Source: Amphiscolops sp. MND2022 (Eukaryota). From it: 64,000 nt of DNA. The DNA lies in the NCBI GenBank assembly GCA_964187785.1, contig OZ076413.1:45882001-45946000 (forward strand), read 5' to 3'. The notes beneath the pieces are model-generated. The model saw only the letters and a list, made by a program, of their open reading frames with translations. It made no database searches and was not told the DNA's origin. Made by a program: the position numbers and the translations under genes. Shown piece by piece: positions 26,301-38,182 of this stretch (its first letter is position 1; the number at the start of each line of letters is the position of its first letter).

Positions 26301-28943
26301 ATGAACTTAGTTTTTGCGTCGTTAAATTCTGTACAAAAAATCTTTTGAGTACAACTATGAGTAGCTTCAGACTATGGCAAAAAAAGGAAAAAGCACCGAT
26401 TGAGACTTGCTTGTTCTTTTCCCACATTTAAAGAATGGGGCTGAAAGCAACAGCATACCAACATACCAAAATTGGATCAATTCTACTTCAGCATTTATCA
26501 AAAATGTCATCGATTTGAAAATCATTCACAATTCAGATACTTCCAAAGGCTATTTTCTCATAATTCAAGAATTCAAATTGTAAGTCGATGAAGTCCGCGA
26601 CAGTTAAAGAAACAATCAATCCAAATAAAAAAAGCAAACATCGCGGTGATTGTTTTGAAGTTTAGAATGATTTATTCGACAATATAGATTCAACAAACTG
26701 AGAACGATCTTCAGAAGGTAACTACAGTTTTCTCGGCCCTAAGCTGAACTTACTTCATAGTCTATCATTCGGCGGAACGTCTAGGATGACGTGAATCCTT
26801 GAAAGACAGAAGCGGAAACGATCAAAGCCAAGATTCGAAATAATTTCTAATATCTTTCCGGTTTTTTGTCCAAGTCAACGAAGCTTTCTCTAGACAATGT
26901 TCACTTGGATAAATCAAGATTTCCTTGATTGATTGCCAACTATGTGGTTTCCTTCCTGAAAACCGGAAATGGTCATCGGAAAATTATTAGGTTTCCTATT
27001 TTATTAACTACAGAAAAACTGATAACTAACATCCTTGATTATTTTATATTGTCTTCTAGAGTAAAATGAAAAAGCTGGGAACGGCATAAATTGGTAACCC
27101 GCTTTAGTCTCAAAAAAGAGCAAAATTACTTCAAAACGTTAAGGATTCTTTTTGAATAAATTCTCAATTTTGCTTTAATACTCACGAGAATACTATTACT
27201 TCGAATATAAGGTCAAAAATTCAGTCAAAAATAAAGTGCGCTTTTCTATTACGAAAGGCAATGAAACACTGAAATTGATAAGATTTGAACCTCCGCCTCC
27301 ATCCTAGCAGAAAACAATTTACTTCAGATATAACGTCAACAATTGTCGGATATAGCCTGCTCATTAGAGTGCACAGGCAAGCTTAATTTGCTCAAAGCGC
27401 AATTTTAAGCTTTCAATACCTCGGATTCCACGACCATACCTTTAACCGTGCAAAATTGGCAAATTACGTCATAAGTCCCGGATTCCACGGATTTCGTCAG
27501 GCTGATCCAAATGGTACATTTTGAGATTTTGAATTTTGGAGAACTGTAGTAGAACTGCTTTGGTCAGTTTGTGTAGATTCGGAAAGAAGAACGACGAAAA
27601 GCCACTATAACAGTCGCGTTTTATTTTCACGAAAACGCCGACTAAAAAAGACAATCGAGGATTAAAATGAAACAACAAGCGTCGGACGCTTGCAGAAAAC
27701 GAGCCGGAATAACTAGTTTGGAAACGCAATGTCTGCAACTCACCGTTTTGACATCCTAGTCCATTTTGCCTTCACATGATTCCGGTCCCGCGAAGGGAGC
27801 AACATCTTTCGGGATGCTCTCCAACCTGCATCTGGGTTGTGACTGCTAAGAATAACGGGTCTCCGGCAAGTCTATGTCCTCCTTACCATCGCTTAAATAG
27901 ACTATAAAAACACGATGCAGGAACACCGATAAATTTCAAAAAGACGAGGATTACCTAATTTTCCAGCAAAACAGGTCTCGAGCATAAAAATCTAAACAAT
28001 ATGGCTGTCGAAGGCTGCCACCTGTGATCCTATTTTATTTTATGTCCCTTTGTGTCGTCTTGGACAGCCAGTCCGGTTGAATTTAGACCAATCAAATTGC
28101 AGTATTAGTATGAGTGCTCTGAGTTAGTGCTTTTAATTATTGGACGCGATGGCCGTTCACCGCTTGTCAACTAATAAACCAGTACGTTTGCGGCAGTTGG
28201 ACATTGAGTCCCAATTTAGATTTTAAGTGCTGTTAACTTTCATTTAAAGGCCATTCACGGCTGTCCACCTAAATAAACCTCTCACTTATGGCTAGTGGAC
28301 AGCTAGTCCGGTTAAATATTAACCAATCACAGCGCAGTACGCTTGCTGAACACTCCCATCTAGTAAGGCAGTTATTTGTAATATCGGTGTTAAGGCAGTG
28401 GGACTACCAGTCCAATTTAAAGATGAAAGTGCAATATATTATACAAAGATGCAATTAATAGTTTTGTACGGCCCTTAAGGCCTATAACAATTTGTTGCTA
28501 CATACATACATACATTTTCGTGGTTGAAATTCATTCATCGAAATTGTGCTGGACTTTCAGTCTTTTCCCCCCTTCTCTGAAGCTATTTCAGATGGGAAAC
28601 TAATTCCCATGAATAGCCAATATTATGTCGTCTATTATAGGTTACGGTCCTTGTGTCTACTTGCCATTCCTTTCCACATGCTATACATGCAGTTTAATTT
28701 AAAATGCTTTACATGTAGTTTTATTAAACATGTTCCATTTAGACGGCCTTCAGGGCCACGTGGATATTTGTTGACGCTGTTACTATATATAGATATATAT
28801 TGACTGCGTCATGTTGCTGCTATTTTTAGAACTACGTCATTGTGTGTTTATAAGGACACGAAGTCCTTTGTAGCTATTTTTGGAGCACTTGCTCTAAAAT
28901 TAGATTGATGATACCCTATATTTTGTATGTCATGCATATGTTA

Positions 28944-28975
28944 GTATAAATACTCGCGACTCCTAGTCCCGAGGA
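28944..28975 (+). promoter_or_regulatory. LTR TATA box followed by a short hairpin
   Basis: GTATAAATA then CTCGCGACTCCTAGTCCCGAG; positionally equivalent to TATATA-GCCGGGACACGTAGCCCCGG at 55-80. CCAAT-containing repeats lie upstream (28060-28420). Confidence 0.55.
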
Positions 28976-29116
28976 CACAATTTTGATTTGTAACTCTATT
29001 ACTGAGACCGATTGTCAATCTCACTTTATTTACCATAAAAGAAGTAATTGACTTCTTTCGCTACAAATACTTTCTTCAACAAGAAGACAAAAGACTGAAT
29101 TAGACGTTCTAGAGAA

Positions 29117-30145
29117 ATGGACACGATGTCCAATGATAACGACAGGGACATGCTGCTTGGTGGAATCAATTCAAATTATATAGAAAAGAAATTCGAGATT
29201 GTATTAAATCATTCTCTCGGCCAAGGTGACACCGAGGCCATTCTTACTTACAACATTACTTCACAGCAAATTGAGAATAGAAACATTGGCTGTAGAATTG
29301 AGACCACTAGGTCAGATAGACACTTAGAGTCTATGGAACTGTTATCAGAGGAATTGAATCTCAAGTTATCCCAAGTGACGGATTCACTTATGAACTTCCT
29401 ACAAGTCCAGATAACTAGAGCGATCAATTCTGCCATCAATGATAAAATGGTCCCCGAGATACAAAAGATTATGGGTACGCTGTCTTCAGGACAGAGGGAC
29501 ACTGAGTCCGGTTCGTCACCAAATAATCAGGATAATACAGAAGGAACTGACGGGTTTATATCTAAAATTACAAAAAAGGACTCACGGCCCGCTTGTAATT
29601 TAAGAGACACAGACGACCGTAGTTCTTACATGGTGACAGGAGTTAACGACACCCAGCGACCAATTCCTGAGTTCCTGACTGGACGAATCCACTCGGGCCT
29701 GAACTTTGAAGTACAGGAATCGGTCCATAATGTCTCAATGGACACAACGCCACCCACACCAGAAACTACTATGCTTGAAATTTTTCAAAGTTTGCTGTCT
29801 AATAGCCTTGACACAAATAAAGCAGCTCAATGCGCATATTGCAAGGCGACAAACCATTTTTATAAAAGCTGTCCAAAACTGAAAAAGAAACGGAAAGTGG
29901 AGTGCAAAAGTGACAAAAAGCCCCAGCGTCCAACATACCCCGAATGCCCAACGTGCAGTAAAACAAACAACACAGCCGAAAAATGTTGGAAAGGCGCAGG
30001 TGCGAATTTACGCCCCAAGAGAAGTAAAGCAAAAACAAAACCATCACCCAGACCAGGAGACGAGGCGTCCCCCAATATCAATGACAAACAGTCAAGTACC
30101 ACATCAGGTCATATTTTCTCTCAGAAGCCAAATTCAAAAAACTAA
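29117..30145 (+). CDS. Gag-like ORF starting in the 5' LTR, with two zinc knuckles
   Basis: CAYCKATNHFYKSC (CX2CX4HX4C) and CPTCSKTNNTAEKC (H->N); reads through the LTR end and PBS; probably internally deleted. Confidence 0.8.
   Translation: MDTMSNDNDRDMLLGGINSNYIEKKFEIVLNHSLGQGDTEAILTYNITSQQIENRNIGCRIETTRSDRHLESMELLSEELNLKLSQVTDSLMNFLQVQITRAINSAINDKMVPEIQKIMGTLSSGQRDTESGSSPNNQDNTEGTDGFISKITKKDSRPACNLRDTDDRSSYMVTGVNDTQRPIPEFLTGRIHSGLNFEVQESVHNVSMDTTPPTPETTMLEIFQSLLSNSLDTNKAAQCAYCKATNHFYKSCPKLKKKRKVECKSDKKPQRPTYPECPTCSKTNNTAEKCWKGAGANLRPKRSKAKTKPSPRPGDEASPNINDKQSSTTSGHIFSQKPNSKN
30136..30142 (+). promoter_or_regulatory. -1 ribosomal frameshift slippery heptamer A AAA AAC
   Basis: In gag phase immediately before TAA (30143-30145); the -1 frame (LIAPRLQMNEP...) is open and continuous with ORF 30163-30750. 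Confidence 0.75.
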
Positions 30146-30750
30146 TTGCGCCACGACTCCAAATGAATGAACCCATGTCAGAACGACATTACGTCTTTTC
30201 CAGTTACAAATACTATCCACTTACAAATAATGAAAATGATCCGAACACGTTTACACGACGAACAGAAAACGACTTGTATAAAATTTTGTGGGAATCAGAC
30301 TTCGATTTCAAAGTATTTGAGCCGAGAAAAGAAAATTGGACCGACGTGGCTACACGCCTGCCGAAAGACGACGCAAGTGGCGGTGTGGACCATTACGTCA
30401 TTGAAACTGAACGCAGCAGCATACACGAAGATGAACGCTGCAGCCAGAAAATGAGTGCAAATGACGTTACCGAGAATGAAATACAGCCGACACCGGCCAA
30501 CAACCGTGACGCGGCGTCGCCACCTAATGAATCGACTAGTAGGACCGAAAATGAATATAACGTCACAAATGAACTAGACGATGCGGAAATTGTTCCAAAC
30601 GGAGGCGCAGATATTACCGTGCCCGGAATATCGGAAAATGAAGAAATTGATGAAAATACGAGTCGCAGAGGAGAAAAAACAATCTTCAATCTAACCCATC
30701 CCCAACTATCCTCAGGAATACAATCACTAGCCAGAAAATTAAATTGCTAG
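30142..30750 (+). pseudogene. Residual pol-frame ORF lacking PR/RT/RH/IN cores
   Basis: -1 frame relative to gag; acidic, low-complexity tail; no catalytic motifs seen. Confidence 0.55.
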
Positions 30751-33700
30751 TCCCCTTTTCTCTATTCGCCCACGAGGACATGTATTTTATTTGGGACTGC
30801 TCTGACTATATCTTTTGACTTCTCATGAAAAAATTATATCTTCGGACAAATACATCAACAAATGGACTCAGTGGCGAATAATACAATAAAAGCCACAAAC
30901 AGTCTGCAAGCACAATAATACAACAAATACAAAACCAGTTTGAAATACAACAGAAATGAATTAGAAACAATTGTACACTTTGTACATTTAGGATTTGGAT
31001 GAACTTGGCCCAGTTTCCTGTACAGACTCTGTAGCCCCGAATGACGCGCTAACACTATCTTCAGTTGATGGACTAGGGGTCAGTATGTCTGCTTGACGGC
31101 AAACTGGCTCAGCAGTTCGCTCATTTGACTCAGCAGTATCTTCAGTCACCAGGAATCCAGTGAACTGCTGGACCTCATTATCTTCAGAATGTTGTGTTGG
31201 ATTTTCTTCAAGTTGTTCTCAGCCGACATGTCTAAATAGAACGAAATAAATTCAAGCGGGAACCTTCCTTAATTAAAGTCCATTTACCGCATATAAAATC
31301 TCCGGAGTAGATAGAATCGAACTCAAGTGAACACTTGTGTTATATGGACAGGAAATACTTGAACAAGATGAAGGCCTTGATGAACAAGATGAAGGCCTTG
31401 ATCAAGCCTCTTCAAGTTCAAAATCAAAAGTCGAAACTAATGAAAGAAAACCTTCATAACAACACACCTATATGGATATCTGCTGGGAAAATGATGGCTG
31501 TTACGTCTAAAGTGGAAATTTTGGACTGTTGGTTGTGATTCCTGAAGAGAACAATTTGACTGTAGGTCACTGTCGAAAGTGTTGTCCGCAAATCCAAGAG
31601 AAAGTTGGCAAAGAGACCTTGAGTCCACTCTGATGGCAAGTGAAGAGTAGCAAGGCAAAGGACTGTGATTTTTTCCAAAGAAGGTGAATAAGACGGGAAC
31701 TGGCAGAGAACCGCTAAGTGGGGACTCGATGTCGATTATCCGGGGCGAGCCCAAGGAAACCCACGGGAGTAAGGATGAGTGCACAGAACGTCCCAAGAAG
31801 ATAATATAAAAGAAGACTACAAGTAAAACCGACTAGAAGGCTGACTGTGGATTAAATACAAGAAGATTAAATGAGACGTTGGCTAAATACTGAGTAATAT
31901 GAATGATTAATAAAGATATTGAATTGAGTGAAGCAATGGGCAATGTAACAAAGACTGACACAATGTCGATAAAGTAATTGGAGTTCTTGGCTATACAATT
32001 TATTGTCAAATTTACAGTTATTTGGACTTGATGTCAAATACGTGTCAACCCGATGGATTTTATCAAAATCTGTGAGCAGAATCTCCTGAGAAATCGAGTA
32101 CAGCCATGCGCCGTAGACAGCCAGGCAGTAGTTGGCGCTTGGACGACAAGGCCTTATTATTACCTTTGTTGCTACTGTTTCCAGCGCTGTATTTTTAATG
32201 TTCAAATGTCTTTTGGCTTGGCGTGGTGGACCACAGATCCAAATTTAGACTGACCATTCAGAAGCGCTAATATATTTTATAGTACTGTTGCTGTGATTAA
32301 ATACGTGTACGTGCTCAATTAAATTAAATGGACGAGTAAGGCCATGCAATGTACACAGCCTGGCGTAGCGGACCACAGGTCCTTAATTTAAATCATTCAA
32401 TCACATGCCGCCATTCACAGTGCTCTTATTAATTGTACGCAGTAAATAGAATTAAGGCCACGCTGGCCATGCAATTTTTAGTGACGTTATAATAGGACGG
32501 GCAGCCATTGTGGCTTTCCTTTTTTTGAAGCGATGCTATTAATTTATCAATTCCTGAGCTAATATAAAGCAGTTGAAATGTATTTTAATCAATGCTTATC
32601 GATGCTTTGAAACCAGTCCTTGATGTCCCTTGGCCATTAACGCCAAGGACAGTCCACCAATCCCTGATATTAGTAAAATAGTCCCCACCCGATATTTTAT
32701 CCGTTCACCTGTATTAAAGGACTGATGGCCATAAACCAATACCACCTTTGTACACATGCAGATTATTATGTAACCATGTCACTTGTATTATGGATGTTGC
32801 AAAATGTTGTGGACATGAAGGCCATATAGTTTGTTGCTTCTATACTTGTAAAATGTTCTCGTTACAGCATATAAAAGGATAGCAATGTGTTTCGGACATC
32901 ATTTGAGAGACCTATTGTCCTAATAACCAAAGTCGGACGGCACAGTAATCTATCAAGCGATTAAGACGACCACATGGACCGTGTCAGTGTGGGGTCAGCA
33001 GGAACGTTTCTCCTTATGCCAGGGGGAGTGTCGCAGGCTGCCACCTGTGATCCTATTTTATTTTATGTCCCTTTGTGTCGTCTTGGACAGCCAGTCCGGT
33101 TGAATTTAGACCAATCAAATTGCAGTATTAGTATGAGTGCTCTGAGTTTGTGCTTTTAATTATTGGACGCGATGGCCGTTCACCGCTTGTCAACTAATAA
33201 ACCAGTACGTTTGCGGAAAATGGACATTCAGTCCCAATTTAGATTTTAAGTGCTGTTAACTTTCATTTAAAGGCCATTCACGGCTGTCCACCTAAATAAA
33301 CCTCTCACTTATGGCTAGTGGACAGCTAGTCCGGTTAAATATTAACCAATCACAGCGCAGTACGCTTGCTGAACACTCCCATCTAGTAAAGCAGTTATTT
33401 GTATTATCGGTGTTATGGCAGTGGGACTACCAGTCCAATTTAAAGATGAAAGTGCAATATATTATACAAAGATGCAATTAATAGTTTTGTACGGCCCTTA
33501 AGGCCTATAACAATTTGTTGCTACATACATACATACATTTTCGTGGTTGAAATTCATTCATCGAAATTGTGCTGGACTTTCAGTCTTTTCCCCCCTTCTC
33601 TGAAGCTATCTCAGATGGGAAACTAATTCCCATGAATAGCCAATATTATGTCGTCTATTATAGGTTACGGTCCTTGTGTCTACTTGCCATTCCTTTCCAC

Positions 33701-34140
33701 ATGCTATACATGCAGTTTAATTTAAAATGCTTTACATGTAGTTTTATTAAACATGTTCCATTTAGACGGCCTTCAGGGCCACGTGGATATTTGTTGACGC
33801 TGTTACTATATATAGATATATATTGACTGCGTCATGTTGCTGCTATATTTAGAACTACGTCATTGTGTGTTTGTAAGGACACGAAGTCCTTTGTAGCTAT
33901 TTTTAGAGCACTTGCTCTAAAATTAGATTGATGATACCCTATATTTTGTACGTCATGCATATGTTAGTATAAATACTCGCGACTCCTAGTCCCGAGGACA
34001 CAATTTTGATTTGTAACTCTATTACTGAGACCGATTGTCAATCCCACTTTATTTTACCATAAAAGAAGTAATTGACTTCTTTCGCTACAAATACTTTCTT
34101 CAACAAGAAGACAAAAGACTGAATTAGACGTTCTAGAGAA

Positions 34141-34800
34141 ATGGACACGATGTCCAATGATAACGACAGGGACATGCTGCTTGGTGGAATCAATTCAAAT
34201 TATATAGAAAAGAAATTCGAGATTGTATTAAATCATTCTCTCGGCCAAGGTGACACCGAGGCCATTCTTACTTACAACATTCCTTCACAGCAAATTGAGA
34301 ATAGAAACATTGGCTGTAGAATTGAGACCACTAGGTCAGATAGACACTTAGAGTCTATGGAACTGTTATCAGAGGAATTGAATCTCAAGTTATCCCAAGT
34401 GACGGATTCACTTATGAACTTCCTACAAGTCCAGATAACTAGAGCGATCAATTCTGCCATCAATGATAAAATGGTCCCCGAGATACAAAAGATTATGGGT
34501 ACGCTGTCTTCAGGACAGAGGGACACTGAGTCCGGTTCGTCACCAAATAATCAGGATAATACAGAAGGAACTAACGGGTTTATATCTAAAATTACAAAAA
34601 AGGACTCACGGCCCGCTTGTAATTTAAGAGACACAGACGACCGTAGTTCTTACAATGGCTTAACAAGAAGAAACAGGAATAAAGCACTAAAACAAAGAGT
34701 TCATTGGCAAACGTCTTTCCAACCCGCGAGCTGGGGCGCATTTCGGACACTGCAGGAGCAGCACTCACTCAGACGGTATTTTGAGTTGTTGGCACTATAG
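34141..34800 (+). CDS. 3' LTR copy of the gag N-terminus reading into flanking DNA
   Basis: Nearly identical to ORF 29117 up to SSY at the LTR end (34654); the remaining ~48 aa are flank-derived. Confidence 0.6.
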   Translation: MDTMSNDNDRDMLLGGINSNYIEKKFEIVLNHSLGQGDTEAILTYNIPSQQIENRNIGCRIETTRSDRHLESMELLSEELNLKLSQVTDSLMNFLQVQITRAINSAINDKMVPEIQKIMGTLSSGQRDTESGSSPNNQDNTEGTNGFISKITKKDSRPACNLRDTDDRSSYNGLTRRNRNKALKQRVHWQTSFQPASWGAFRTLQEQHSLRRYFELLAL

Positions 34801-35289
34801 TTGCGAAAAGCAAACGTAGTCCATTTTACTAAGCGCTGGCACAGGTTTCGATTACGAATTGACTCTTTCTTGCTCGTTTTGCACGTTTTGTCGATTACTC
34901 GTTCCCACGGTGAGTTCTTTTTGTGTTCGTTTATACTTCTGGCAGGTACTTTAACTTGCTCGATCGTAAGTCGAAATCAGCGTGAACGCTTTTTTCAAAA
35001 ACTTTCTGGGCGTGTACATGAGTCCTTCATAACAAGCACGAAATTTTGTTGTCGAGTTGACTTTTTGTGTCTTATAGTTTCAAATGCGTTGTATTTCTAA
35101 CAGATTTTTATCAAAGGTGACCAATTAAAAAAGTCCCATAGAGAGATTTTTTTTGCGCAATCAACCACAATGGCCATTTATTCGAGTACAATGAATTTCC
35201 TGTTAAAATTGCTTTACATTTTTGGATGCAATTCAAAGTTGATTTTGTAAACCTCTATCGGAAACGTTCATTACAAAATTTTCCCCATT

Positions 35290-36811
35290 TTTTTCGACTT
35301 TCATCAAGCTGCTTGAAAGAAGCATCCTGAATTTGGTGGCCATTCTTGTTTTAGATGCAACTAAGTTGTTTTCAGTTTTACCGTCATTCAAATTCAAAAC
35401 AACTTCATTCACGTAATAAACTGCAAATTAATTGCAAACGTAGGCATGCTATTTAATTGAATCACAGTGATTGCATCAGAAGACTGGTTGAGAAAACAAA
35501 GTGTGAATACAACGTGGCGGTAACCAAATTGGAAATTTTTTTAATTAATTAATAAAATTTCCAATTTGGTTACCGCCACGTTGTATTCACACACGTTGTG
35601 GTAAATTTTCTAAGATTACACTGCAGTTTACATTAATGGAATTGAAATTTTAATTCCATTAATGTAAACTGCAGTGTACCCGGGTCGACCCTCCATGGAT
35701 ATCTTAGTAAGATCTTGGCAAGATCTTGCCAAGATCTTGGAAAAATCGTAGCTAAGATAGTGACAAGATATTGCCAAGAATTGCAAGATGCCATGGTAAG
35801 ATATTACCAAGAGAGCCATGTTTCCAAGAGAAACCTTACTAAGAAGCCCAATATGGCAAGAAAAATCTAACTAAGAAGCGGAATACGGCAAGAAAAAAAT
35901 TGCTACGAACTGCTCGATATCGAGAAAAAGTAGAATCAGAGAACCATTAAATTAAGAGTTATGGAAAAATAATTTAGACATCACTCAAACCAAAATTACT
36001 GAATGATTTTTACAACCATTTCGATATCGATATTGTTTGCTTTCAATTGCAAAACTGTCGCCAACAACGGCGTCAGAAAAGCCTTGAGCTGAATCATTAC
36101 CCGAATTAGGGCAATGATCGCCTTTTCTAGCAGTATTAAGGCTGCTGAAACAGGCTCAAAGAAAGCTGGAAAAAATTTCAGGATTTTAAGGTCTTTCCTT
36201 TGTAACTTTCCGATAGTGGGTCTGGACGTTTGAGAGCATATTTCTCTGCCTCTGGAATCGACAGGAGTGATAAATTACAAGTTTTGGAAAGCCCTTGAAG
36301 TGACCTTTCATTTGGTACATTCGCATTTCTCAGTCCTAAACAGGTGAGCAGTTATTAGGATTCTCGTCAAAATTTTGGAAGCCAGACTACGTTATCGTAA
36401 TTTTTCACGCATTTTTGCATGCAAAATTTTTTCAGGAGGTTTAAGCATTTCGATCATGAAAACGAGTAGAAATAGTCGTTGTTGGGTGAAATGAGCCTTT
36501 AGATTGAGTCTTGGCTGCTTGTACCGAAGGTGTAGTAAGTTTTATAATTTTGTCCATCGTGATAAGATACGATTTTGGAATAAGTATTATCTTAGTAAGA
36601 TCTTAATAAGAATCTTGCCATGGGATCCATGGTTGCCAAGATGTAGTAAGAATTTGGCAAGATCTTGCCAAGACAGCCAAGATGCTAGTAAGAGGGTCAA
36701 CCCGGGTAATCTTACAAAATTTACCACCAGAATCCCGCTCATTCTGCATAGAGAAAGTAACCCTGCTTGCAGGTCTGCTGCATGTAAAACGTTCGAGCAG
36801 TGTCGATTAGG
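35290..36811 (-). mobile_element. Diverged copy of the ~550-bp MITE family, interrupted by a nested MITE and local inversions
   Basis: ATCAAGCTGCTTGAAA, GTGTGAATACAACGTG and TGCAGG.CTGC.GCATGTAAAA.GTT match 60441-60986. Confidence 0.65.
35679..36706. mobile_element. Nested MITE with CCCGGGT(C/T)GACCCTC TIRs
   Basis: 2-bp TSD TA (35677-35678 and 36707-36708); ATCTTGGCAAGAT / ATCTTAGTAAGAT subterminal repeats; an isolated end at ~56735-56771. Confidence 0.85.
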
Positions 36812-38182
36812 TATAGTTCTTCTAGCTTTGAACTTATACATTTTAAATGATATTTAAAGAAATATCTTTTGAAATAGAAATAGAAAAAAAATTAAAGGTA
36901 GATATCTTACTGGAAAATTTTGTTGACCTCTACCGCTAACGAACAATGCCCTTACGATATGGAAGGCGGGACTGAAACTTTCCGATTTCAAGCAGGTGTA
37001 TTTAGCTTCCCTGATTATGGAAGTCCCTGTGAATTGTACACTTGTCAAAAACTCTCTTTTAAAAATTGATCACTTGAGTGCAGGAAAATTTGCACTAATC
37101 AAAAACCAGGAAAGGCGCAATTAAGAATGTCTGGTTAGGAATGTGTGATAAATTAATGGTAGAATCGAGGCAAGTGCACGTACTTCCATGCTTTGTAGAC
37201 CAGGGAATGATTCCTTGAGAGCTTTTACTTGAGATTGAATTGCTCTCAAAAGTTAGTCGCAGTCAAAATGCAAGGGAAAATCATGACGTCATTGATTTGA
37301 TGTCACTAAATCATTTTCTCATCCAGACAACCATTATGGTCATTCTTAAAGGTCCACTATTCCTCTATTCAAGCCATATTTACAGCTTTGTTCTCTTTGG
37401 TCTTGAATTGAAAGTTTTATATATCAAACAGGAGCTCTCGTTGCGTAATCTAAGCTTAGTCTTTTGATGGCGCAAATCTTCAGCAAAAAACTACGTTTTC
37501 CGTTTTTTACTTACGTATGGCAAATTCTGATCATCAAATCAGAGCTGAAAAAGTTAGGAAGTGGGCATTAAAATTTAGTTTTTAATTGCTTAATTAGGGC
37601 GAGACGCTTTTCAGTAATTAAAATGTGGGTGAAATCAGAGGTAGGCAAGACGTCAACAACGAGACTTATCTCAGTTTGTTCGTTGTTGTACCCTTTCGGG
37701 GTATGTATGTGTTAAAGTTAATCATTCAATTAAAATACTCATGCATTTCATGCATCATGGTGCATGGTTAACATCTTGACAGGTTTAATAACGGAATATT
37801 TGATATTAAACGAAGCTTCTCGTGACACGATGCTTCGTATAGTAGTAATTTTGGCAATTTGTTCGAACCAAGGCACCATCGCAACCGTAGAAGCGCTAAA
37901 AATTTCGAATTTTCAAATTGTGACAATTGAACTAAAATTTCATTATAAAACTAGAGACCAATTCAATCCGGATAATCCCATCCAATTATTCTTCTGAAAT
38001 TTCATCTCAACGTTGCAGGGCAACATTTCAGGTGTTCAAGTAACTGTCAAACGGGTATTTGACCCCTTGCTAACTCTGGTTGAAACTGCTTGACTTTGTT
38101 ACACAGAATTTTGCAAGTTGCCGAGCACATTTAACAGGATTTTTTTGAAACTCTCGCGGAACACCTATCTAGTAAAAATTTT

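Larger units (their letters stand above)
22147..26436 (+). repeat. Tandem duplication, ~1869-bp unit; the second unit carries an extra MITE
   Basis: 22147-24014 is nearly identical to 24016-26436 apart from the 25752-26300 insertion. Confidence 0.95.
28006..34654 (+). mobile_element. Internally deleted, recently inserted LTR retrotransposon (Ty3/gypsy-like gag/-1/pol layout, no RT visible)
   Basis: LTRs 28006-29630 and 33029-34654 (TG...CA, roughly 15-20 differences by eye), TSD ATGGC (28001-28005 and 34655-34659), PBS TGGTGACAGGAG at 29631, PPT AGGGGGAG at 33021-33028. Confidence 0.95.

Noticed and set aside
27743..27850. Minus-strand exon candidate with a GTGAGT donor
   Set aside because: One open frame, but no recognisable motif or partner exon.
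28546..28803. 85-aa ORF conserved at 28546 and 33569
   Set aside because: The identity reflects young LTRs; non-ATG start and no motif.
35677..36708. Tc1/mariner assignment based on the TA duplication
   Set aside because: Termini and subterminal arrays match the CCC-ended families with variable 2-bp TSDs, so TA is probably incidental.
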